Notes under the pieces: model-generated | Databases searched by the model: none | Told to the model about the DNA's origin: nothing | The model's input: only the letters and a program-made list of their open reading frames with translations | Made by a program: the position numbers and the translations under genes | Shown here: piece after piece, positions 7,263 through 16,615 of the stretch | How the letters are laid out: each line of letters starts with the position of its first letter | Position numbering within the stretch: the stretch's first letter is position 1 | Assembly: GCA_963768855.1 (NCBI GenBank) | Contig: CAVYJM010000022.1 | Coordinates: forward strand, 1-19,786 | Source: an uncultured Thermoplasmata archaeon | GTDB taxonomy: Archaea; Thermoplasmatota; Thermoplasmata; RBG-16-68-12 | Direction of reading: 5' to 3' | DNA: 19,786 bases

Positions 7263-8274
7263 GGACCACCTCCGAAACGGACTCGGGGGGCGCCACGCCG
7301 AAGACGTGGCAGGCGACGAAGTGACCCGGTTCCGCCTCAAGCAGCTCCGGCTCCACCTTCTCACACACGTCCACCTTGTACGGGCAGCGGGGATGGAAGC
7401 GGCATCCCGAGGGCAGAGAGCGCAGGCTCGGCGGCTCTCCCGCAAGCGTGACCGAGAGGTCCTTCCCCTCGGCCTCCGCGATGTCGAGGAGCGCGCGGGT
7501 GTAGGGATGGAGCGGATTGGAGTACAGGGCCTTCGTGTCGGCCCGCTCGACGACCTTGCCCGCGTACATGACCATGACGAGGTCGCACATGTGGTACACG
7601 ACGGCCATGTCGTGCGAGATGAAGAGGTAGGTGAGGTCGAACTCGTGCTGCAGGGCAGAGAGAAGGCGGAGGATCTGGGCCTGGACCGAGACATCCAGGT
7701 TGGACGTGGGTTCGTCCAGGATCAGGAGCTTCGGCCGGAGGGCGACGGCGCGGGCGATGCCCAGGCGTTGCTTCTGGCCGCCCGAGAACTCGTGGGGGTA
7801 GCGGTAGAGCTGCGCCTTCTCGAGCCCGACCTTGGCCATCAGGTCGGACACCTCCCGGGTGAACTCCTCGCCGTGGAGCTTGAAGTGGACCTTCAGCGGC
7901 TCCCCGATGATGTCGATCGCCAGCTTCCTCGGGTTGAGGGAGGAGATCGGATCCTGGAAGACCATCTGGAAGTTGACCCGGAACTTGCGCAACTTCTTGC
8001 CACGCAATTCGGTCATCGGCTGTCCGAGCAGGACGACCGAACCGCCCGTCGGATCGATCAGGCGGGCGATCGTCCGCGCGAGGGTCGACTTCCCGCTCCC
8101 GGATTCGCCCACGATGCCGAGCGTCTTCCCGTGCTCCAGCGAGAACGTCACGCCGTCGACGGCCCGGATGTACCCTTTCAGGAGGGACAGGAGGCCGGAG
8201 CGGATCGGGAAGTGCTTCTTCAGCTCCTCGACCGCTAGGAGGCTCTGCGGAGCCGTCGTGGCTTCAGCTTCCAT
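7249..8274 (-). CDS. dppF: Dipeptide/oligopeptide ABC transporter ATP-binding subunit (DppF/OppF), 341 aa
   Basis: Walker A GESGSGKS, Q-loop VFQDP, signature FSGGQKQR, Walker B LILDEP, ISHD, and C-terminal HPY domain with GCRFHPRC...C...VAC. ATG 8274 overlaps the end of the upstream gene. Confidence 0.95.
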   Translation of the reverse strand: MEAEATTAPQSLLAVEELKKHFPIRSGLLSLLKGYIRAVDGVTFSLEHGKTLGIVGESGSGKSTLARTIARLIDPTGGSVVLLGQPMTELRGKKLRKFRVNFQMVFQDPISSLNPRKLAIDIIGEPLKVHFKLHGEEFTREVSDLMAKVGLEKAQLYRYPHEFSGGQKQRLGIARAVALRPKLLILDEPTSNLDVSVQAQILRLLSALQHEFDLTYLFISHDMAVVYHMCDLVMVMYAGKVVERADTKALYSNPLHPYTRALLDIAEAEGKDLSVTLAGEPPSLRSLPSGCRFHPRCPYKVDVCEKVEPELLEAEPGHFVACHVFGVAPPESVSEVVHEAH

Positions 8275-10549
8275 GGGCACCTTCCCCCTTCATCGGATGG
8301 AAGCAGGCGGCGGTCCGTCCCGGCGCCAGGGTCTCGAGGGGCGGGTCCGTCTTGAGGCACTCCTCCGTCGCCCGCTCGCACCGCGGCGCGAAGACGCAGC
8401 CGACCGGGATCGACTTCAGCTCGGGCAGGGAGCCCTGCATCGTGTAGTATTCGCCCTTCGGGACGAACGCGCCCCCCTTCCTCACCTTCGGCAGGGACTT
8501 GATGAGCCCGTCCGCGTACGGGTGCAGCGGCGCGGAGAAGACCTGGTCCAGAGGCCCCTCCTCGACGAGCTTCCCCGCGTAGATGACCCCGACCCGGTCG
8601 CAGAACCGGCGGATCACCCCGAGGTCGTGGGAGATGAGGAGGACGGAGACCCCGAGTTCCTCCTTGAACTTCTTGATCAGGTCGAGGATGTTCCTCTCCG
8701 TCACCACGTCGAGCGCGGTTGTCGGCTCGTCCGCGATGAGGAGCTTGGGGTTCGAGGCCATCATCATGCCGATCATGACCCGCTGCTTCATGCCGCCGGA
8801 GAGCTCGAACGGGTACAGGTCGACCGTCCGCTCGGGGTCCGGCACGAGCGCGCGCCTCAGGTCTCGGATCGCGAGCTTGCGGCAGATCTGCCGGGTCCGC
8901 TTGTCCGGAGCCCGGTCCGGGCCGAGCTTCCGCTTCGCGTACGTCTGGTAGAGCTCCCGGTACTTGAGCAGCTCCCCGCGCTGGTGCCCGGAGAATTTCT
9001 CGGCTACGGCGTCCGCGGGCGAATGCCTCGCCCCCTTCGGCGGCTCGACCACGGACTGGCAATGTCCGCAGATCCATTCGCCCTCCTTCACCGTGGCGCC
9101 GCAGTAATCGCACGGGCGCTCGACGAAGGAGCCCTCCATCTCGGCCACCGCCATCTCCAGGACGAGCTCGAACTGGTGCAGGAGATAGGTCTGGCTCATC
9201 TGGAACTCGACCTTGTAGGAGGGATGGAGCGAGTCGGAGACCTCCTGGAAGATCATCGCGATGTCCTTCCCCCGGACCGCGTTCATCTCGTTCTCCTTGA
9301 GCGTGAGCAGGTTCGTGTACACGGCGGCGTTCGCCGGGTCCCGCACGAAGAAGACGTCGCCGGACGAGATCTGCGTGGACCGCATCGGGAGCAGGCCCAT
9401 GATCCCCAGCGCGACGGTCGACTTGCCGCTCCCGCTCTCCCCGATGAGCCCGTAGGCCTCGCCGCGCTTCACCTCCAAGCTGACGTTCCTCACGGCGTGG
9501 ACCGGGCCCTCGTACGTGCGGTAGCTGATCGAGAGGTCGTCCACCTTGAGCAGGGTGCCCGCCGGCGCGGGCCCCGGGGACTCCACGTGGGCCACTGCGG
9601 GCAGTCTGCGGGCATCCTGGGAGAGCCACCGCCTCGAGGTCGGGTCGAACACGTCCCGCAGCCCGTCCCCGAGCAGGTTGAACGCAAGGGACGTAGTGAT
9701 CAGGAAGATGCCCGGGAAGATCGGGTACCACCAGGCGACGAAGAGATAGCTCAGGCTCTGGGAGATGAGGAGCCCCCACTCGGCCGTCCCCGGGGTGGCG
9801 CCGAGGCCCAGGAAGCTCAGCGCGGCGATGGACAGGAGGACGCTCCCCAGGTCCGCGGTGGCCTGGATGATCGCGGGGGAGAGCACGTTCGAAAGGATGT
9901 GGCGGAAGAAGATCGACGTCCCGCTGAGGCCCGAGCTCCGGGCGACTTCGACGAAGTCCCGGTGCTTCATCTTGCGGGTCTCGCCGTAGATGAGACGAGC
10001 GTACCACGCCCACCAGGTTGCGATCATCGCGTACACGATGTGCTCGAGGGACGGGCCCAGCGCCGCGGCGAGGGTCAGCGCGAGCACGATGCTCGGAACC
10101 GCGAGGAACACGTCCGTGATGCGCATGAGGACCTCGCCGAACGTCTTCTCGAAGTACCCCGCGATCCCGCCGATCACGATCCCGAGGAGGGCCGACGGGA
10201 TCATCACCTCGAACGGGAGGACCATGTCGAGCTGCGCGGCGTAGACGGACTTGCTGAAGAGGTCGGTCCCGAGCTCGTCCGTCCCGAAGAGATGCTGCAA
10301 GGAGGGCGGCAGCAGGGCGATGTTCGTGTCCGTCGGCCACCGCTGTTGGAGCGCGCCATTCACGTTGACGTACACCGGATGCTGGAGGGCGATGAAGGGC
10401 GCCAGGAGCGCGATCACGACGAACGCGAGGAGGAGGATGAGGCCCACCATGGAGAGCTTGCTCGTTCGGAGGGCCCTGAAGGTCAGGTTCCCTTCCCGGC
10501 CCATGACCCGGAGCCGCTCCGTCGCACTGCCCCACCGGGCCGCCGCCAT
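8264..10549 (-). CDS. dppC/dppD: Fused DppC/OppC permease + DppD/OppD ATPase with Zn-ribbon insertion, 761 aa
   Basis: ATG 10549 lies 1 nt after the dppB stop, with GAGGAGGGGG upstream. Permease motifs HLFGTDELGTD, FVEVARSSG, FNLLGDGLRDVFDP. Then GESGSGKS, LSGGMKQR, LLIADEPTTALD, ISHD, HPY and GCVFAPRC...C...AAC. Confidence 0.92.
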   Translation of the reverse strand: MAAARWGSATERLRVMGREGNLTFRALRTSKLSMVGLILLLAFVVIALLAPFIALQHPVYVNVNGALQQRWPTDTNIALLPPSLQHLFGTDELGTDLFSKSVYAAQLDMVLPFEVMIPSALLGIVIGGIAGYFEKTFGEVLMRITDVFLAVPSIVLALTLAAALGPSLEHIVYAMIATWWAWYARLIYGETRKMKHRDFVEVARSSGLSGTSIFFRHILSNVLSPAIIQATADLGSVLLSIAALSFLGLGATPGTAEWGLLISQSLSYLFVAWWYPIFPGIFLITTSLAFNLLGDGLRDVFDPTSRRWLSQDARRLPAVAHVESPGPAPAGTLLKVDDLSISYRTYEGPVHAVRNVSLEVKRGEAYGLIGESGSGKSTVALGIMGLLPMRSTQISSGDVFFVRDPANAAVYTNLLTLKENEMNAVRGKDIAMIFQEVSDSLHPSYKVEFQMSQTYLLHQFELVLEMAVAEMEGSFVERPCDYCGATVKEGEWICGHCQSVVEPPKGARHSPADAVAEKFSGHQRGELLKYRELYQTYAKRKLGPDRAPDKRTRQICRKLAIRDLRRALVPDPERTVDLYPFELSGGMKQRVMIGMMMASNPKLLIADEPTTALDVVTERNILDLIKKFKEELGVSVLLISHDLGVIRRFCDRVGVIYAGKLVEEGPLDQVFSAPLHPYADGLIKSLPKVRKGGAFVPKGEYYTMQGSLPELKSIPVGCVFAPRCERATEECLKTDPPLETLAPGRTAACFHPMKGEGAHGS

Positions 10550-10550
10550 C

Positions 10551-11579
10551 CTAACCGGCCCCCTCCTCGGAGAACCGGATGCGCGGTTCGATCCAAGCGT
10601 ACGCCGCGTCCACGACAATGCTCCCGAGGACGTACGCCAGCGAGATGATGAACGTGTACGCGACGACGACGTTGTAGTCGAAGCCGATGATTGCCTGGTA
10701 GACCCAGTACGAGAACCCGGCCATGCCGAAGATTTCCTCGATGAAGACCGTGCCGCCGAGCAGGCTCCCGAAGCTCAGGCCCACGATCGTCAGAGTCGGC
10801 CCCATGGCCGCGCGGAAGGCGTAGCGCCGCACGATGATCTTCTCCGGCACGCCCTTGGCCCGCAGCGCCTTGACGAAGGGCGACGACAGAATCTCGAGCA
10901 TGCTCGACCGCGCCATGCGGAGCACGAGGGCGAATCCGGTGAAGCCGAGGGCGAATACCGGGAGGATGAGGTGCACGCAGGCCGACACGAAGTCCGGCAG
11001 GTTCCCAGTGAGGAGGGAATCGAGGGGATAGAACCCGGTGATGTGGGTCGGGGGCGTGTTGGTCGGCCCGAGCAGCCCGGTCAGCGGGAGGACGTGCAAG
11101 TTGACCGCGAACACCAGCTGGAGGATGACCGCCAGGAGGAACGAGGGGAAGGAAAGCCCGATGTAGGCGATCGTCCGCGAGACGATGTCCCCGAGCTTGT
11201 TCATCCGCGTGGCGGAGAGCATCCCCAGGAGGATGCCTACCGGGGTGGACCAGGCAATCGCGAGGACGACCAGGCCCAGGGTAGCCGGGAGGAAGAGCTC
11301 GATGCCCGTGTTCACGCTCATGCGGAGAGAAAGGGAATAGCCCAAGTTCCCCTCGAACAGGCTCGTGAGGTAGTACCAGAACTGCACGGGGATCGGATCG
11401 TTCAGGTGGAGCCGCTCCCTGATGGCCTCGAGGGTCGCCGGGGACGCCTTGATGCCCGCGTAGAGCTTCACCGGGTCCGACGGCGCCACGTGGGTCACGA
11501 CGAAGATAAGGACGATGACCCCGAGGAGGACCGGAATCGCCGAGATGAGGCGCCGCAGGATGAACTCCCACATCTTCAT
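10551..11579 (-). CDS. dppB: Dipeptide/oligopeptide ABC transporter permease (DppB/OppB), 342 aa
   Basis: FILRRLISAIPVLLGV, LHLNDPIPVQFWYY, GNLGYSL, HLILPVFALG, EAA-like FVKALRAKGVPE, EEIFGMAG, DYNVV. SD GGGTGA. Confidence 0.95.
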   Translation of the reverse strand: MKMWEFILRRLISAIPVLLGVIVLIFVVTHVAPSDPVKLYAGIKASPATLEAIRERLHLNDPIPVQFWYYLTSLFEGNLGYSLSLRMSVNTGIELFLPATLGLVVLAIAWSTPVGILLGMLSATRMNKLGDIVSRTIAYIGLSFPSFLLAVILQLVFAVNLHVLPLTGLLGPTNTPPTHITGFYPLDSLLTGNLPDFVSACVHLILPVFALGFTGFALVLRMARSSMLEILSSPFVKALRAKGVPEKIIVRRYAFRAAMGPTLTIVGLSFGSLLGGTVFIEEIFGMAGFSYWVYQAIIGFDYNVVVAYTFIISLAYVLGSIVVDAAYAWIEPRIRFSEEGAG

Positions 11580-11887
11580 CTCAGGTCACCCCATCTCGAC
11601 TACCGAGCCTCTCTTCTCCCGGTATCGGAGTGCCGTCCGCCCCGCAAAGCATGCCGCCGTCGCGTCTCGGTTCCCATTCCGGCGCGGCTCCTCCGCCCCT
11701 TCCCGCTAGGGAGCGGGCTTCTCGTACATAACCCTCTGGTACGTAACGCGTGCCCGCGGCCCATGCGTGCCTGCATCTGGAGGGAATCTCGTCACGGGTC
11801 GCGGACGGCGGTCCGCCACGGGCGGCCTCGGAACCCGTAAGTAGCGCCACGCGTTGCGCGGTGCGTCCAACGGAACGGGGGTTGGGT

Positions 11888-14461
11888 GTGCAGGACGCCC
11901 TGGACGGCTGCGGCGACGCGCGATGCGATTCGGCCGCAGATCACGCGTTCGCGCCTCCCGACACACCGCCGCAGTACGCACGGGAGCGGACGTTCCGTGA
12001 GTTGCATCTCAAGCTCGACATTTCCATCGATGACGAAGCGCGGACCGTCTCCGGGACCGCGGTGCACCGCCTCGCGCCCATCAACGACGGCCTGCGCGAG
12101 GTCGTCTTCGACCAGCAGGGTCTCCACATCCGCGGCGTGCGCGACGATGCGGGCCGCGCGCTGGAGTGGGAGATCCACGGCGACATCCTGTACGTGCGCC
12201 TCGCAAAGTCTCGCAAGGCCGGCGAGGCCTTCGAGCTCCGCATCCGCTACGCCGGCAAGCCGCGGAAGGGCCTCTTCTTCACGGCCCCGGATGCCGGATA
12301 TCCGCAGAAGCCCCGCACGGTCTGGACCCAGGGGGAGGAGATGGACAATCGCTCCTGGTTCCCCTCGTACGACTATCCGAATCAGAAGTTCACGACCGAG
12401 ATCATCGTCACCGTGAAGGAGGCGTACCGGGCCATCGCGAACGGCCACCTGGTTTCCGAGAAGCACGACCCGAAGAAGGGCACACGGACCTTCCACTGGC
12501 TCCAGGACAAGCCCCACCCGAACTACCTTGTGGGGCTGGTGGTGGGCGAGTGGGACATGAAGGAGTGGGACGCGGACGGCATCCCGGTCCAGGCGTACGT
12601 GCCCAAGGGCTATGGGAAGTACATCGACCTCGCCTTCTCCCGCGTGCCCGAGATGGTCCGCTTCTACGGACGCGTCACGGGGCTGCGGTTCCCCTGGGAC
12701 AAGTACGCCCAGGCGTGCGTCCCCGAGTTCATCTTCGGCGCGATGGAGAACACGACGATCACAATCTTGAACGAGAGTTACCTGACGGACGAACGGGCCT
12801 ACCCGGACTACGACGCCGACTCCCACCTGTCCCACGAGCTCGTGCATCACTGGTTTGGAGACTGGATCACATGCAAGAGCTTCGGTCACGTATGGCTCAA
12901 GGAGGGCTTCGCGAACTACTTCGAGTGCCTATGGTGGGAGGAGCGCCAAGGGAAGGACGAGTTCCTCGTCCACCTCGAGGAGATGCGACAGCGCTACTTC
13001 GAGGAGGCCGAGAAGGACTACCTGCGCCCCATCGTCACCCACACGTTCGTCGACGCGAAGGAGATGTTCGACTCGCACACGTACAGCAAGGGCGCCGCGG
13101 TGCTCCACATGCTCCGTTCCCTCCTGGGCGACGACCTGTGGTGGAAGGGGATCCGCGCCTACGTGGCGGCCCATGGGACGGCCGCCGTGGAGACGGACGA
13201 CTTCCGGGTCGCCATGGAGGCGGCGACCGGGAGGACGCTCGACGGATTCTTCGAGCAGTGGCTCTACCGACCCGGTCACCCCGAGTTCGAAGTCTCCTGG
13301 TCCTGGGACCCCAGGGGACGGCAGGCCGAGGTCCGCGTGCGGCAAGTACAGGAGACGAAGGACGGCGTCCCCGTGTTCCGGATGCCCGTGACCTTGGAGT
13401 TCGCCTCGGAGGACCGCGCGTGGCGGGAGACCGTGCACCTGGAGCGGGCGGAGCACATCTTCCGCTTCTCCTGCCGCGACCGACCCGAGGCGGTCCTGTT
13501 CGACCCCGACGGCGTCCTGCTCAAGCGTCTCGTCTTCCGGCGGAGCGTAGCGGAATTGCGCTGGGTGCTCGCGCATTCGGCCAGCTCATGGGCGCGCATG
13601 GAGGCCTGTGCCGCCCTCGGCAGGTCCGTGGAAGCGATCGACGTGATCCCCGCACTCGAGGAGGCGCTCCGCGGGGATTCGCAATGGGCCGTGCGACGCG
13701 CCGCCGCGCTCGGCCTGGGCGATGTCGGAACGCCCGCGGCCCGGGACGCGCTGCTCCGATCCCTCGCGGATTCCGACAGCCGCGTCCGCGTGGGGATTTA
13801 CGAGGCGCTAGGCCGGTTCCGCAAGGATGACACCGCCTTCGGGGCGCTCGCCAAGGCGTACGGGGATGACGGCAAGTATTACCCCATGGCCGCCGCGGGA
13901 GCCGCCCTCGGATCGACACGGCACCTCCGAGCGTTCGAGACGATTGTCGCGGGGATGGACCGTCTGTCCCATGCGGAGACGGTTGCGGCTCGCGCTGCGG
14001 AGGGTCTGGTCGCGCTGAGGGACGAGCGCGGCGTCGAGGCCCTCGTCCGGGGGACGCGATATGGCGAGCCCGAGATGCGGCGGTATGCCAACGCGATTGC
14101 CCTGGGTCGGCTTGGGCGGGCGCTGGAGGGGCCAAGGGCCGATGTGCTAGAGCACCTTGTCGGCCTGACGAAGGACGTGAACATCCGCACGAAGCTCGGG
14201 GCCATCGAAGGACTCGGTGAACTGGGTTCTCCCCTGGCCATCCCGGCCCTCGAGAAGGTGTACGAGGGCGAGGTCTTGTGGAGTTTCAAGAAGCGGGCAC
14301 GCCGCGCCCTCCGCAAGATCCGCGAGGCGCAGGAGAACCGTGCGCCCTCGCTCGAGCAGCAGAAAGCGCTGGATGCCCTCGAAGAGGACACCCGGGAGCT
14401 CCGGCGGCGTCTCGCAGCGCTCGAAGCGGCGGTCGATGGACTCGCGAAGTCGCGAACGTGA
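11888..14461 (+). CDS. pepN: M1 family Zn aminopeptidase (aminopeptidase N-like) with C-terminal HEAT repeats and coiled coil, ~857 aa
   Basis: GAMEN, HELVH-x18-E, YSKGA. HEAT-like repeats (WAVRRAAALGLG, SRVRVGIYEALG, IRTKLGAIEGLG). Likely start GTG 11888 after GGGGGTTGGG; no signal peptide. Confidence 0.93.
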   Translation: MQDALDGCGDARCDSAADHAFAPPDTPPQYARERTFRELHLKLDISIDDEARTVSGTAVHRLAPINDGLREVVFDQQGLHIRGVRDDAGRALEWEIHGDILYVRLAKSRKAGEAFELRIRYAGKPRKGLFFTAPDAGYPQKPRTVWTQGEEMDNRSWFPSYDYPNQKFTTEIIVTVKEAYRAIANGHLVSEKHDPKKGTRTFHWLQDKPHPNYLVGLVVGEWDMKEWDADGIPVQAYVPKGYGKYIDLAFSRVPEMVRFYGRVTGLRFPWDKYAQACVPEFIFGAMENTTITILNESYLTDERAYPDYDADSHLSHELVHHWFGDWITCKSFGHVWLKEGFANYFECLWWEERQGKDEFLVHLEEMRQRYFEEAEKDYLRPIVTHTFVDAKEMFDSHTYSKGAAVLHMLRSLLGDDLWWKGIRAYVAAHGTAAVETDDFRVAMEAATGRTLDGFFEQWLYRPGHPEFEVSWSWDPRGRQAEVRVRQVQETKDGVPVFRMPVTLEFASEDRAWRETVHLERAEHIFRFSCRDRPEAVLFDPDGVLLKRLVFRRSVAELRWVLAHSASSWARMEACAALGRSVEAIDVIPALEEALRGDSQWAVRRAAALGLGDVGTPAARDALLRSLADSDSRVRVGIYEALGRFRKDDTAFGALAKAYGDDGKYYPMAAAGAALGSTRHLRAFETIVAGMDRLSHAETVAARAAEGLVALRDERGVEALVRGTRYGEPEMRRYANAIALGRLGRALEGPRADVLEHLVGLTKDVNIRTKLGAIEGLGELGSPLAIPALEKVYEGEVLWSFKKRARRALRKIREAQENRAPSLEQQKALDALEEDTRELRRRLAALEAAVDGLAKSRT

Positions 14462-14472
14462 AAATCGAAGGG

Positions 14473-14500
14473 GCAGGCTCCCGGTCTCCCGGGCGCCTGC
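14473..14500 (-). terminator. GC-rich hairpin between convergent pepN and dppA; possible terminator or transcript-end stabiliser
   Basis: GCAGGCTCCCGG-TCTC-CCGGGCGCCTGC pairs 11 of 12 bp. On the minus strand the loop is GAGA (GNRA), followed by CCCTTCGATTTT. Confidence 0.45.
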
Positions 14501-14569
14501 GTTGGGTCTGTCGGGGCGGCAGGTCCCCTGGCCGCGATCGGCCCGTGTGGACTTCTCTCTCACCTGGCC

Positions 14570-16322
14570 CTAGGCGCGCAGGAGCTGCTGGTACACGTTC
14601 AGGAAGTTCCGGAACGGTTCGGCCGCCGACTGCGGAGCGACCGCAGCCCCGACCGATAGCGAGCTCGCTGCCACGCTCGGGCTGGGCAGGTAGAACCAGA
14701 AGTTGTACGTGATGATCGCGTTGTACGTGAAGTTCGTTAACGTCTTGGACACCGCGGCGATCGCCTGCGCCACACACATGTAGATCAGGCTGGGGTTCTG
14801 GTTCTGCACGGTCCAGACCGTGTGGTAGTCCGCGATCTCCCGAGCCAGGTCCGTGGTGCTCTGCGCGTCCGTGAGCGCGTTGTCGATCGTCGCGTTCGCG
14901 TACACGGTGTGGTACGTGTCCCCGCCGATTGCCGCACTGCCCACGAACGGGAGCGCGTAGTCGCTCGGGTCGTTGTAGTCCGGTCCCCACGTTTCGATCA
15001 TCAGGTCCCACCCGTTCGTCTTCTGGGTCGCGCTGCGCACGGCGTCCGGAACCGAGTGGATGTCTAGGGTGATCCCGATCTGCTGCAGGGCCGCCTGGTA
15101 CAGCTGGGCGACGGTCGGCTGCCACGCGATGGAGGAAATCGCATAGAACGACACGGCCGCGCCTCCGAACCGCAGGCCATTTCCGCCTTTCGTGAAGCCT
15201 GCGGCATCCAGAATCGCCGCCGCCTTCGTCAGGTTATAGCTGTAGTACTTCGTGGGCATCGAATCTTGGCCGAGGTAGATCTGCACTGGAACCGGCCCGT
15301 TCAACGGAGTGGCGTAGCCCTGGAACGCGTTCGCGATGACCTGGTCGTACGGGAAGGCCCAGCTGAGGGCCTGCCGCACGCTCGCGTTGGCCATGAACGT
15401 GTGGGTCGAGTTGATGTCGAACCCGACCATGTACGTCCTGGGGACCGGGGTCACCTTGAGCTGGACGTTCGTCGCGTTGGCCAGGGAGGCCGCCTGGGTG
15501 AACGGGATGTCCGCGATCGTCGCGTCCCCGCTCCTCGCCGCCGAGATGGCGGTCGAGGGTGCCTGGTTCAGGAGCATGACGACCTTGTCGTACCGCGCCC
15601 CACTCGTGTTGCCCCAATAATTCGGGTTCCGGACCAAGACAATCTGCTGCGCCTTGGTCCAAGACTGGACCATGTACGGGCCCGTGCCCACCGTGTTGTT
15701 CGTCATCCACGCGTTGTCCTGGCCATCCACGATGCCACCGTTCGCCTCCACCGCCTTCTTGTCGACAATCGCGTTCGGTTCGGCTGTCGCGAGGGTCTGA
15801 AGGAAGGGGTTGAAGACGTGGGTCAGCTTGAACTGGACCGTGTACGTGTCCACCTTCGTGATGCTCGACACGTTGAGGTCCTGGCTGTCGATCCATGCCA
15901 CGCCGGACGAGGGTGAGTTGATCCGGAGGACCCGCTGGAACGAGTAGACGACGTCGTCCGCGGTGAAGGGGTCGCCGTTGCTAAACTTCACGTTCTGCCG
16001 CAGGTGGAAGGTGTACGTCAGTCCGTCCGCGGAGATCCCGCCGTTAGCGACGGTCGGGATCTGGAGGGCGAGGGCCGGGAGCGAACTCGTTGATCGTGGT
16101 CAGCGGATAGCTGAGGAGCGTGTCGTACGAGTTCTGGATCGGGATGAACGATCCGGAGTCGTACGCGTCGGCCGGGTCCAAGGTCGAGATATCATATTGC
16201 GAGTAGTACACGAGCGTGCGTTGGGCCGGCGGTGGAGTCGACAAGAGGAAATACGCCGCGATCCCGGCAACCACCAAAATGACAACGACGGACACAACGA
16301 TAATCTTCGTTCGCTTAAGCAT
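14570..16322 (-). CDS. dppA: Peptide ABC transporter substrate-binding protein (family 5, DppA/OppA), ~583 aa, with one +1 frameshift near 16075-16079
   Basis: ATG 16322 (SD GGGAGGGGGGT): MLKRTK + TM anchor + TLDPADAYD...IQNSYDTLL..EFAP. After removing 1 nt it continues ALALQIPTVANGGISADGLTYTFHLRQNVKFSNGDPFTADDV, GTGPY, VRQALSWA, WGPDYNDP. Read error versus true pseudogene is unresolved. Confidence 0.9.
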
Positions 16323-16363
16323 TGTATACCCCCCTCCCTTCCCCCGCGGGACCGCAGGACCGC

Positions 16364-16369
16364 TATATA
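16364..16369 (-). promoter_or_regulatory. TATA-like box of dppA
   Basis: Minus strand AAGAAACGGG-TATATA-G in ~68% GC surroundings, ~42 nt upstream of the ATG. Purine-rich BRE-like stretch immediately upstream. Confidence 0.55.
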
Positions 16370-16615
16370 CCCGTTTCTTAGAACTCTTCTCGAACCGCAT
16401 CCGCGTGAATCGTCTGCGTCTCGCCCTCCTGATTTTTCGGCGGGACCCGGTCGGCGTGTCGCGCATATCGTTGGCCATCTCCGCCGAGGAGTCGCCGCTC
16501 TCCGCGCGGCAGAGAATCTCTTAAGCTCGCGAGCCGCATCCCAAGGGCGAAGGCGAGGCGGTCGCCCGTGATCCTGAAGAGCGACTCCGTGAAACTCGAC
16601 GCGAGGATCGGTGAC

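Noticed and set aside
16323-16478. Arg-rich N-terminal extension of dppA in the track ORF (possible Tat signal)
   Set aside because: ATG 16322 has a strong SD and a TATA-like box 42 nt upstream lying inside this stretch; the extension is promoter DNA.
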